DNA of 64,000 nt. Origin: an uncultured Gammaproteobacteria bacterium (GTDB lineage Bacteria; Patescibacteriota; Patescibacteriia; UBA11705; JABHMO01). The DNA lies in assembly GCA_964565345.1 (NCBI GenBank), contig CAZMEQ010000001.1, forward strand, positions 9,838 to 73,837. The letters run 5' to 3'. Below the pieces are notes generated by a model. The model worked only from the letters and a program-made list of their open reading frames with translations. It did not search any database and was not told where the DNA came from. Positions 29,577-38,589 of the stretch are shown here, piece after piece. A program made the translations under genes and the position numbers. Position 1 is the stretch's first letter. Every line of letters starts with the position of its first letter.

Positions 29577-30365
29577 ATGAAAATTGTCAAAGTACAATTT
29601 GCGCCCTGGGATAAGGCTTATAGCTTTAGTTTTGATAGTGAAAGCTTGAAAGTGGGAGATTATGTTGTTGTGGAAACAAAACTGGGCATTGAAATGGCCA
29701 AAGTTATTGCTATTGATGAAAAGGGGGACACTGTTACGGCTGAAGCTGATCCAATTAAGCCTATCTCGCGGATTGCAACTAAAGAGGATTTGGATTTAGT
29801 GTTGGAGCAAAATCGTCAAAAAGACAAAGTTTTTCAGAAATGTGTTTCGTTAATCCGCAAGAATCAATTGCCAATTAAATTGGTAGACGTTCATTTTTCG
29901 CTCGATGATACGCGTTTAACTTTTGCCTTTATTGCCGATGGCCGAGTTGACTTTAGAGAATTATTAAAAGATTTAAACAGGGAATTTAAAAAGAATATTC
30001 GTTTGCAACAAATTGGTATCCGTGACGAGATCAAAATCAGTGGCGATATCGGTTGCTGTGGTATGAATCTTTGTTGTCAGGGTTTTTATAAAGAATTGGG
30101 AAATGTTACATCTGAATTAGCGGCTCTGCAACAGGTGGCTCATAGAGGGTCGGAACGACTCTCTGGTGTTTGCGGTCGTTTAAAGTGTTGTTTGACCTTT
30201 GAAGAAAAACTATACAATGAGTTGGCCGAAAAACTTCCTATGATTGGTGAGAAGGTTAAGACTCAGCATGGTAAAGGGGAGGTGATTGGTTGGCACGTCC
30301 TAAAACAAACAGTGGATGTTCTGCTTGAAGATAATACGACAATCGTTGAAATGCCTATAGAATAA
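29577..30365 (+). CDS. PSP1 C-terminal domain protein (YaaT/RicT-like)
   Basis: FAPWDKAYSF ... VVVETKLGIEMAKVIAI ... C-rich GCCGMNLCCQG ... CGRLKCCL segment typical of PSP1/RicT. Confidence 0.65.
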   Translation: MKIVKVQFAPWDKAYSFSFDSESLKVGDYVVVETKLGIEMAKVIAIDEKGDTVTAEADPIKPISRIATKEDLDLVLEQNRQKDKVFQKCVSLIRKNQLPIKLVDVHFSLDDTRLTFAFIADGRVDFRELLKDLNREFKKNIRLQQIGIRDEIKISGDIGCCGMNLCCQGFYKELGNVTSELAALQQVAHRGSERLSGVCGRLKCCLTFEEKLYNELAEKLPMIGEKVKTQHGKGEVIGWHVLKQTVDVLLEDNTTIVEMPIE

Positions 30366-30454
30366 TAGGCATTTTATGTTATAATATTATTAATCTTAAA
30401 CAAAGCAGAAAAAATCTGTTTGCTTAGTAATTTGCGCAATAATGAAATAAATTT

Positions 30455-31492
30455 ATGAAAAAACAATTGTTGCAACTGCGTGAAGACGGTCGCTTAGAAA
30501 TTTCTAAATGTGAAAATTTAGAGACATTAGAAAATATCCAGATAAAATATTTTGGTCGCAAAGAGGGTCTGTTAACAGTTTTATTAAAAAGTCTGAAGGA
30601 TCTATCGCCTGAAGATAAAAAGGAAGTTGGTCAGCTAGCAAATCAAATCAAAATTGAATTGGAGGAAGCCATTGCAGCTCAACAAGTGATTTTAAAAAAA
30701 CAGGAAGTGGCCGAGGCCTTAGAAAGTGACTCTATTGACTTAACCTTGCCAGCTATTGCGCCAAAGAATGGGAGTCTCAACCCCACTTCAATCGTTCAGT
30801 ATGAACTAGAAGACATTTTTAAGTCACTTGGTTTTATGGTTTTGGATGGCCCGGAACTTGAATCAGATTATTATAATTTCGAAGCCTTAAATATTCCTGA
30901 ACACCATCCAGCACGTGACATGCAAGACACTTTTTATATTAAAGGTTGGGCTAAGAACGAAAAAAGAGTTTTGAGAACCCACACTTCACCAGTTCAGGTA
31001 CGGGCTATGCAAAAATATGGAGCACCGCTTCGCGCCATAGCGCCCGGACGTGTTTTTCGTTATGAAAACATAGATGCTTCGCATGAAAACACTTTTTATC
31101 AACTTGAAGGCATAATGATAGATGAAAACATTTCTATCACTAATTTGATTGCTGTCATGAAGACTTTGTTGCGAGGAATATTTAAACGTGAGGTTAAAGT
31201 TCGTTTACGCCCTGGTTTTTTTCCGTTTGTTGAACCTGGCTTCGAACTCGATATTAACTGTTTAATTTGCGGTGGGACTGGTTGTTCTGTGTGCAAGCAG
31301 TCTGGTTGGGTAGAGCTTTTGCCCTGTGGTATGATTCATCCTAATGTTTTACGAGCAGGCAACATTGACCCCGAAAAATATTCTGGATTTGCCTTTGGCC
31401 TAGGTCTGACTCGTTTAGTTATGATGAAATATGGGATTGACGATATCCGCCTTCTGCTTTCGGGCGATCTTCGATTCTTAAAGCAATTTTAA
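30455..31492 (+). CDS. pheS: phenylalanine--tRNA ligase alpha subunit
   Basis: FEALNIPEHHPARDMQDTFYI and class II aaRS motifs. Lies upstream of pheT. Confidence 0.9.
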   Translation: MKKQLLQLREDGRLEISKCENLETLENIQIKYFGRKEGLLTVLLKSLKDLSPEDKKEVGQLANQIKIELEEAIAAQQVILKKQEVAEALESDSIDLTLPAIAPKNGSLNPTSIVQYELEDIFKSLGFMVLDGPELESDYYNFEALNIPEHHPARDMQDTFYIKGWAKNEKRVLRTHTSPVQVRAMQKYGAPLRAIAPGRVFRYENIDASHENTFYQLEGIMIDENISITNLIAVMKTLLRGIFKREVKVRLRPGFFPFVEPGFELDINCLICGGTGCSVCKQSGWVELLPCGMIHPNVLRAGNIDPEKYSGFAFGLGLTRLVMMKYGIDDIRLLLSGDLRFLKQF

Positions 31493-31502
31493 ACTCAAAT
31501 AT

Positions 31503-33941
31503 ATGAATATATCATTAAATTGGATCAAGCAATATGCCAATTTGCCCAAGGCTGTTAAACCAGAAGAACTGGGTTTGAAATTAACCATGGCCACAGTTGA
31601 AGTTGAGGGTGTAGAAAACAGGGCTGAAAGTTTAAATAATGTTGTTGTTGGTAAAATTACTAAATTACAAAAACATCCAGACGCGGATCGTTTAAGATTG
31701 GCTGAAGTCGATATTAGTAGCCGTAGGGTTAATGTCGTCTGTGGCGGTATTAACTTGGTTGAAGGCATGCTCGTTGCCTTAGCTTTGCCAGGAGCCAAGG
31801 TTCGTTGGCATGGCGCAGGTGAGCCAATTATTTTAGAAAAAGCGAAGGTTCGTGGCGTCGAAAGTGAAGGAATGATCTGCGCTAGCGATGAAATTGGCTT
31901 GGGTGGAATGTTCCCAGCTAAAGAAGTAGGCGAAATTGTTGATCTCTCCAGTTTAAAGTGTATGACCGGAGAAAATTTGGCGAACGCTCTACGTTTAGAT
32001 GATGCTATATACGAAATTGATAATAAGTCGGTTACCAATCGTCCGGACTTATGGGGGCATTATGGTATGGCTCGGGAAGTAGCGGCTATTTATGGTTTGG
32101 AATTTAAAAAATACCCAGCAAAAAAAATAGAGGCTGGAAAGGAACTAGATATAAAAGTTAAAGTTGAAAATAAAGAAGCTTGTCCGCGCTATATGGCGGT
32201 GGCAGTGGAGGGGATTAAAATCGGGCCTTCACCAGATTGGTTACAACAAAGATTATTGTCTATTGGCCAAAAGCCGATTAATAATGTTGTTGATGTTACC
32301 AATTACATCATGTACGACTTGGGACAACCACTGCATGCTTTTTCAGCCAAGCAGATTAAAGATAATAATATAATTGTTCGGTTAGCTAGAGAGGGTGAGA
32401 AGATTATTACGCTAGACGAAGTCGAGCGAACGTTATGCTCTGATGATTTAGTTATTGCGACACCAGAGAAAGCCGTTGCTTTGGCGGGTATTATGGGGAA
32501 TTTAAATTCGCAAATAGAAGATGGCTCGGACTGCATTATTTTAGAATCAGCGACCTTTAATCCAGTTACAATCAGACGCACCTCTAGCCGTTTAGGATTA
32601 CGAACAGAAGCCTCCGTCCGCTATGAAAAAAGTTTAGACCCCAATATCGCTGAGTTAGCCATTCAACGCGCGGTTGAATTAATTAAAGAAGCGATTCCTT
32701 CAGCTAAAGTTGCGAGTTCGGTTATTGATATTAATAATTACAAGTTTGAAATTAAGCCGATTTTAATAGATTTTGATTTTATAAATAAAAGGATTGGTGT
32801 TGATTTGGGAGCAGATTTGATTATAAGGATATTGACCAATTTGGGTTTTCAAATCAAGGCGACTAAGAAGGGGCTAAAGGTATCTGTTCCTTCTTGGCGC
32901 GCAACTAAGGACATTAATATAAAAGAAGATCTCATTGAAGAAATTACGCGTATTTATGGTTATGATAATTTGAGCCCCGAAATGCCGGCTGTTAAGAGTG
33001 AGTACAAAGAAACGAATCTTTTGCGTAACTTAGAGCGGCAGGTTAAAGATATTTTAGTGCTCAAGTTTTGCTCTAACGAAATTTATAATTATTCTTTTGT
33101 TGATAAAACTTGGTTGGCAAAAATTGGGTTTGCTTCAGATCATATTGAATTGCAAAATCCTTGGGCTGAAAACGTCAGTTGTATGCGTAAAAGTTTAATC
33201 CCTAACCTTTTGCAAAACGTAGTGGATAATTTGCGCTTTTATGACGACATAAATATTTTCGAAGTCGGTAAAACTTTTATTGAAAATCAAAGCGGCCCAC
33301 AAGCACGTTTTAACTCAGAGGTTAATTTGCCTGCACAAGATTCTATTGTTGGCGGCGCCTTGGGCGGAGAATCTTCGGAAAAAGTTTTTTTAAGGGCTAA
33401 GGGCAGGGTTGAGGCCTTGTTCGATAAAGCGCAATTGAAAGCCTCTTATGATACACAAAGTATGGTTTTGCCTTGGTGTCATCCAAAACAAACAATGCGT
33501 GTTTTGGTGGGCAAAGAAGTTTTGGGTTATTTGGCGGTTTTACATCCAGAAATAAGTCAAAAATTAGGGATCGCTCAGCCGATAGCTGTTTGGGAATTAA
33601 ATCTAAATTTGTTATTGAAATATTCTGAAGACAAAATTAAATATAAATCATTACCTAAATACCCTAGTGTGGAGTTAGATTTGTCTGTCATTGTAGGGGG
33701 ACAGACTGTTTGGCAGGATATTCAACAGTTAGTTAAAGCTGTTGATCCTAAAATAATCAAGAATGTTAGTTTGTTGGATGTGTTTAAAAATGATAAAATT
33801 GAAGTAGGGAAAAAGAGTATAACGTTCAGAATTACGTATCAGGTTGAAGATCGCACCTTAGAGATGGAAGAAGTTGCAACTGTGCAAAAAAAGATTATTG
33901 AACAGCTCGGTAAGGCAGTTAAGGCTGAAGTCCGTCAATAA
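31503..33941 (+). CDS. pheT: phenylalanine--tRNA ligase beta subunit
   Basis: MNISLNWIKQYANL N-terminus, tRNA-binding, B3/B4, B5 and FDX-ACB-like C-terminus. 812 aa. Confidence 0.9.
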   Translation: MNISLNWIKQYANLPKAVKPEELGLKLTMATVEVEGVENRAESLNNVVVGKITKLQKHPDADRLRLAEVDISSRRVNVVCGGINLVEGMLVALALPGAKVRWHGAGEPIILEKAKVRGVESEGMICASDEIGLGGMFPAKEVGEIVDLSSLKCMTGENLANALRLDDAIYEIDNKSVTNRPDLWGHYGMAREVAAIYGLEFKKYPAKKIEAGKELDIKVKVENKEACPRYMAVAVEGIKIGPSPDWLQQRLLSIGQKPINNVVDVTNYIMYDLGQPLHAFSAKQIKDNNIIVRLAREGEKIITLDEVERTLCSDDLVIATPEKAVALAGIMGNLNSQIEDGSDCIILESATFNPVTIRRTSSRLGLRTEASVRYEKSLDPNIAELAIQRAVELIKEAIPSAKVASSVIDINNYKFEIKPILIDFDFINKRIGVDLGADLIIRILTNLGFQIKATKKGLKVSVPSWRATKDINIKEDLIEEITRIYGYDNLSPEMPAVKSEYKETNLLRNLERQVKDILVLKFCSNEIYNYSFVDKTWLAKIGFASDHIELQNPWAENVSCMRKSLIPNLLQNVVDNLRFYDDINIFEVGKTFIENQSGPQARFNSEVNLPAQDSIVGGALGGESSEKVFLRAKGRVEALFDKAQLKASYDTQSMVLPWCHPKQTMRVLVGKEVLGYLAVLHPEISQKLGIAQPIAVWELNLNLLLKYSEDKIKYKSLPKYPSVELDLSVIVGGQTVWQDIQQLVKAVDPKIIKNVSLLDVFKNDKIEVGKKSITFRITYQVEDRTLEMEEVATVQKKIIEQLGKAVKAEVRQ

Positions 33942-34060
33942 ACAAAAACAAAAATAAAGTTACGAATATCTACACAAGAAGGATTTTCCGAATTATTTTG
34001 AAATTTGGTTGCCGACCAATAATTCGAAACATCGGTGTAAGTATGTATTCGTAAAAAAGT

Positions 34061-34327
34061 ATGATAGAAAACACCAAGGACATCTTTTATATTGTTTTAT
34101 CTTTTTGTGTTTTTTGGTTGACTGTTTTTTTGTGCTGGGGTTTGTATTACATGATACAAACGTTTAAGCAAACGAATGAGATCTTGGTAAATTTCAGGTC
34201 TCGTTTAGAAAGTATTTCTAAGCTGGTGGAATTTTTAAAAGGCAAGGCGGTTGGTTTTGTAGCTAAAAAGGCGGTTGATTTCATGTCTGACCGAAGACAA
34301 AAACCTAAAAACAAAAAAAAGGAATAA
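34061..34327 (+). CDS. small membrane protein (one TM plus Lys-rich tail)
   Basis: FYIVLSFCVFWLTVFLCWGLYYMI TM helix. The stop lies 1 nt before the start of the coupling-protein-like gene. Confidence 0.4.
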   Translation: MIENTKDIFYIVLSFCVFWLTVFLCWGLYYMIQTFKQTNEILVNFRSRLESISKLVEFLKGKAVGFVAKKAVDFMSDRRQKPKNKKKE

Positions 34328-34328
34328 T

Positions 34329-36899
34329 ATGCCAGTAGTAGAATTAGATCTCGCGGCTGGGAGTTCAATAGTTAATAACCCACTAATTATTAGCGGATTA
34401 GGAATTGCGTTCCTGGTCTTTTTATTTGTCCTGATGGTGTTTGTGTTGCGTTATTTTTCTTTGAATAAGGGACGTGTTTCGGTTGCTTTCCAAAAAAAGA
34501 TTATTATGGTGACTTTGCCCAAGGCTGCACCTAAAGACGGCGGTGGAACCGAACCGCCGGCTTGGCAGCAGGTCCAGGAAAAAATTGCGGTCATGGAAAC
34601 TTTGTTTTCGACTATCGCGGGCCTAAAGGCAGAGAAGGGGATAAAAACATGGTTTTTTGGCCATCGCGATGTTTTTTCTTTGGAAATAGTGGCGGATAGG
34701 GAGGGCAAAATTAATTTTTTTATCGCTATCCCAGCGCATTTCCAACAGTATGTCGAAGAACAGCTACAAGCCCAATTCCCGCAGGCATTTTTGGAGGAAA
34801 TTCCTGATTATAATATTTTTTCCCCAACGGCAGTTATTGCAGGTAAGATGTTAACTTTTAAGCGAGAATATATTTTTCCGATAAAAACTTTTAAAAAATT
34901 TGATTCTGATCCATTAAATGGAATTACCAATGCACTAAGTAAAATTGAAAAAGGCGATGGAGCGGCTATCCAGATAGTGATAAAATCAGCACCAGGAAGG
35001 TGGCATAATTTGGGCATTAAATTGGCCTCTAAAATGCAACAGGGCAAAAAGCTCGAAGAAGCTATGGATGAAGTTACGGGCGGTTTTTTTCATTTCATAG
35101 GGGGATTTATAAAAGCAGCTAAACCTAAGTCGGAAAGTGTCCAAGCCGAACAATATCGACTTTCTCCCATGGAAGAAGAAGTCGTCAAAGGGCTTGAAGA
35201 AAAATCAAGTAAGGCCGGAGTAGATGCCAATATTAGAATAATAGTTGCTTGCGAACGTGCGGAAAAAGCAAAAATGCATTTAGATAGTTTGATCAATGCC
35301 TTTTCCCAGTATAGCATCTATCAGTTTGGTAATGGCTTTTCACCAGCCGAGCCAGCCTTAAAGAGGGTAGTAACTGATTTTATATACCGTAATTATGATA
35401 GTAAAAGAAGTATGGTTTTTAATACAGAAGAATTAGCTAGTTTATATCATTTTCCAATTCCGTTAGTAAACGAAACCCCGACCATCCGTTGGTTAGATGC
35501 TAAAAAGGCTCCAGCGCCGCTTAATATGCCGAACGAAGGCATAATTTTGGGCAAGAATTTATATCGTGGTCGCGAAACAATGGTGCGTGTTAAACGTGAA
35601 GATCGACGTCGTCACCAATATATTATTGGTATGACTGGTACTGGTAAATCTTGGTATCAAGAAGGTCTTATCATGCAAGACATTGCTAATGGTGAGGGGT
35701 GCTGTTTTATTGACCCACATGGAGATGCTATTCAACATATTTTAGAGCATATCCCGCCTGAACGTGCTGAAGATGTTGTCATTTTAGATCCTAGTGATGT
35801 CCGCCGCCCTATTGGTTTAAATCTTTTAGAATATAAAACGCAAGAAGAAAAGACTTTTGCTATTAACGAAATCATGGCTATTTTCGATAAGTTATATGAC
35901 TTAAAGGCCACTGGTGGTCCAATGTTTGAACAATATTTTAAGAATGCCGCTGCCTTGATCATGGCCGATCCTGCCTCTGGCTCAACGATGTTGGAAATAT
36001 CGCGTGTGCTAGCGGATGATGATTTTAGAAAATATAAACTATCTGTCTGCAAAGATCAATTGGTAAAAGATTTTTGGGAAAAGGAAGCTCTAAAAGCTGG
36101 GGGAGAGGCATCTTTGCAAAATATGGTGCCTTATATTACCAGTAAGATGTCACCGTTCATATCGAACGATTTTGTTCGACCTATCATTTCTCAGCAAAAT
36201 AGCACGATTGATTTTGCTGATATTATGAATACACAGAAAATTTTGTTGGTTCAGTTGTCCAAAGGTAAAATTGGTAACATTAATGCTAATTTGTTGGGTA
36301 TGTTGATAATCGGTAAATTGCTTATGGCCGCACTAGGCCGATCAGATATGGCTGAAGATGATCGAAAGGATTTTTATCTTTATGTTGATGAATTCCAGAA
36401 CTTTTTGACAGATAGTATGGAAATTATTCTTTCTGAAGCGCGAAAGTACAGATTGTGTTTAACTATAGGTCACCAGTATATTGGGCAATTAATTAAGGGT
36501 GGGGATACAAAGTTTAAAGATGCTATTTTTGGTAACGTGGGGACTAAGGTTGCTTTTCGTATTGGTGTTGATGATGCCGAAGCATTAACAAAGGAGTTTG
36601 CTCCAATTTTTAATGAGTATGATTTTTTGAATGTCCCTAAATATAACTGTTATATTAAATTACTCGTTGATAATGCTAACCCTCCTGGTTTTAACATGGC
36701 TACAATCCCTTTTGACAAAATTCCTGGTGTTCCAGCAGCAAATAAAGAATTGTGCGATGCTATCCGTGAGTTATCCCGCTTGAAATATGGTAAAGATCCA
36801 GATATAATTGATATGGAAATAAAAGAAAGACAGCAAAAAGTTTTTAAAAAAGAAGTACCACCGCTACCTAAACCGCCTCTAGGCCCCTCTGGGATTTAA
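34329..36899 (+). CDS. VirD4/TraD/TraG-like type IV coupling-protein-family ATPase with N-terminal TM anchor
   Basis: RBS AGGAA precedes ATG 34329. Walker A IIGMTGTGKSW, then CFIDPHGD (the DPxGD motif of T4CPs), Walker B FYLYVDEFQNF, and LTIGHQ sensor-like motif. About 855 aa. Confidence 0.65.
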   Translation: MPVVELDLAAGSSIVNNPLIISGLGIAFLVFLFVLMVFVLRYFSLNKGRVSVAFQKKIIMVTLPKAAPKDGGGTEPPAWQQVQEKIAVMETLFSTIAGLKAEKGIKTWFFGHRDVFSLEIVADREGKINFFIAIPAHFQQYVEEQLQAQFPQAFLEEIPDYNIFSPTAVIAGKMLTFKREYIFPIKTFKKFDSDPLNGITNALSKIEKGDGAAIQIVIKSAPGRWHNLGIKLASKMQQGKKLEEAMDEVTGGFFHFIGGFIKAAKPKSESVQAEQYRLSPMEEEVVKGLEEKSSKAGVDANIRIIVACERAEKAKMHLDSLINAFSQYSIYQFGNGFSPAEPALKRVVTDFIYRNYDSKRSMVFNTEELASLYHFPIPLVNETPTIRWLDAKKAPAPLNMPNEGIILGKNLYRGRETMVRVKREDRRRHQYIIGMTGTGKSWYQEGLIMQDIANGEGCCFIDPHGDAIQHILEHIPPERAEDVVILDPSDVRRPIGLNLLEYKTQEEKTFAINEIMAIFDKLYDLKATGGPMFEQYFKNAAALIMADPASGSTMLEISRVLADDDFRKYKLSVCKDQLVKDFWEKEALKAGGEASLQNMVPYITSKMSPFISNDFVRPIISQQNSTIDFADIMNTQKILLVQLSKGKIGNINANLLGMLIIGKLLMAALGRSDMAEDDRKDFYLYVDEFQNFLTDSMEIILSEARKYRLCLTIGHQYIGQLIKGGDTKFKDAIFGNVGTKVAFRIGVDDAEALTKEFAPIFNEYDFLNVPKYNCYIKLLVDNANPPGFNMATIPFDKIPGVPAANKELCDAIRELSRLKYGKDPDIIDMEIKERQQKVFKKEVPPLPKPPLGPSGI

Positions 36900-36924
36900 A
36901 GTAATACAAAAATAAAAATAAAAT

Positions 36925-37539
36925 ATGATGAGTTTTTTTCGTAAGAAAAAAGAAAATATTCCTACAAATAATAGTGTTCCCCCAGATGTTCCGCTCACAC
37001 AAAGGGAAATGATTCAGACGATAACACGCATGCAGCGTGAATTGGATCGTTTAAAGTCTGTTATTACAAATGGGAAAATGGAAGCTGCCGCAGAACCAAA
37101 TAAAGTGCTCGAAGAAGCTTTATTAGCTATTCAAAATAAAGAGGATGCTGTCCAAAACAGTGAAACCGAAAAAGTTGTAGAGGGTGTTTTTGATGGAGAG
37201 AGCATGGTGGGGGCTGATGGCCAACGTTATGACATTCCTGCTAACTATGCTTCCAAATCAAAGTTAGTTGAGGGGGACATCCTTAAGCTGACTATTAATA
37301 ACCTAGGATCATTTATTTATAAACAGATAAAACCTATTGATCGAGCCCGCATGGTTGGAGTTTTGGAGCAAGATGAGCGTAATTTACAATATTATGTTGT
37401 TTGTGATGATAAAAAATGGAAATTGTTAACTGCCAGTGTTACTTATTATAAAGGTGAACCAGGAGATGAAGTCGTTTTCTTAATTCCGGCTGAAGGTGGC
37501 AGTCGTTCCGCGGCGGTTGAAAATATTATTAAAAGTTAG
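36925..37539 (+). CDS. hypothetical protein
   Basis: 204-aa ORF with no recognisable motifs, downstream of the T4CP-like gene. Confidence 0.5.
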   Translation: MMSFFRKKKENIPTNNSVPPDVPLTQREMIQTITRMQRELDRLKSVITNGKMEAAAEPNKVLEEALLAIQNKEDAVQNSETEKVVEGVFDGESMVGADGQRYDIPANYASKSKLVEGDILKLTINNLGSFIYKQIKPIDRARMVGVLEQDERNLQYYVVCDDKKWKLLTASVTYYKGEPGDEVVFLIPAEGGSRSAAVENIIKS

Positions 37540-37542
37540 AGT

Positions 37543-37584
37543 AAAAAAAACGGGACCTCGCTGTGAGCGGGGTCCCTTTGTTGT
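37543..37584. terminator. bidirectional GC hairpin between convergent genes (A-run / GGGACC..GGTCCC / T-run)
   Basis: AAAAAAAA CGGGACCTCGCTGTGAGCGGGGTCCC TTTGTTG. Serves the plus gene ending 37539 and the minus MTAP gene ending 37585. Confidence 0.65.
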
Positions 37585-38460
37585 CTAGTCGAACGGAACA
37601 CCTAAGATTCGGTTGCTGTCGTTGTCCGGTCTGGCCGATGCCGCCGTGTGAACGGCAAAGCCTTGCAGTACTTTCCGGCATTCGCAAGGAGGAAGCTTGT
37701 CCATGACGCAAAGAACTTGAGCGACCATGTTGTCGGTGAAGGAACCGAAGTTGGCCAACCCAGATTTGACTTCGTCGGCCGTGACAGCTTCGCCATCGCG
37801 CCAGGCATCATAATCCGAGGGCATGGCTACCACGGCATAGCTGATACCGGCTTCGCGTGCGAGAGCAGCCTCGGGTAGGGCGGTCATGCCAATTACGGTA
37901 GCGTCTGGAACAGTGTTACGGAAGAAGTGTGATTCGGCTGCGGTGGAGAACTGTGGCCCTTCGATGACCACATAGGTCCCCTTGGTGTGGACTTGCTTGG
38001 GGGCGCAACGCCGCGCACATTCGATGAGCGTTTCGCGCCACGGGGTGCAGAAGGGTTCACCCATTGGTACGTGCACGGCTAGTCCTGTGTCGAAGAAGGT
38101 TCGTGCGCGTAGCCCCTTGGTGAAGTCGAAGAGTTGGTCGGGGATGACGATGTCTTCACCAGGTGCAATGTAGGCTTGAAGGCTACCGACTGCGCTGAAG
38201 GCTAGGATGTGTGTGACACCCAAACTCTTCAGCGCGTAGATGTTGGCTCGATAGTTGACCTGTGATGGTGCGTACTCGTGTGCTTGTCCATGTCGTGGCA
38301 ACAAGACAACTTCGTGGCCAGTACTGAGTCTGGCAACAATCGGATTGGCCGAGGTGAGGCCAAAAGGAGTCATGCGAGGGAATACTTGCGTTTGATCGGC
38401 CGGGAGTTCGAGCAGCGCAGTGCCACCCAGGATTCCCAGTTTGGGTGTTACAGAAGTCAT
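37585..38460 (-). CDS. mtnP: S-methyl-5'-thioadenosine/purine nucleoside phosphorylase (MTAP/PNP family II); high-GC island 4
   Basis: N-terminus MTSVTPKLGILGGTAL (MTAP GIIGGSGL-type motif). HGQAHEY ... NIYALKSLGVTHI ... VIGMTALPEAALAREAG blocks. RBS GAGGT precedes ATG 38460. Very high GC. Confidence 0.75.
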   Translation of the reverse strand: MTSVTPKLGILGGTALLELPADQTQVFPRMTPFGLTSANPIVARLSTGHEVVLLPRHGQAHEYAPSQVNYRANIYALKSLGVTHILAFSAVGSLQAYIAPGEDIVIPDQLFDFTKGLRARTFFDTGLAVHVPMGEPFCTPWRETLIECARRCAPKQVHTKGTYVVIEGPQFSTAAESHFFRNTVPDATVIGMTALPEAALAREAGISYAVVAMPSDYDAWRDGEAVTADEVKSGLANFGSFTDNMVAQVLCVMDKLPPCECRKVLQGFAVHTAASARPDNDSNRILGVPFD

Positions 38461-38589
38461 GCCGGACCTCATTGTTGAAGGGCAAAACAGGCTTTGAGCC
38501 AAGTATAATTTTAGCTTAAATTAGTAGAAAATGCAAAAAATTATCTGGGTTGAAAAGAGAGTCTTTTTCTGGTAAAATAATGACACACT

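Noticed and set aside
37602-38485. ORFs 37602..37811, 37648..37878, 37982..38173, 38183..38485 and 38278..38478 overlapping the MTAP gene
   Set aside because: Shadow ORFs in high-GC DNA. The MTAP frame has clear family motifs.
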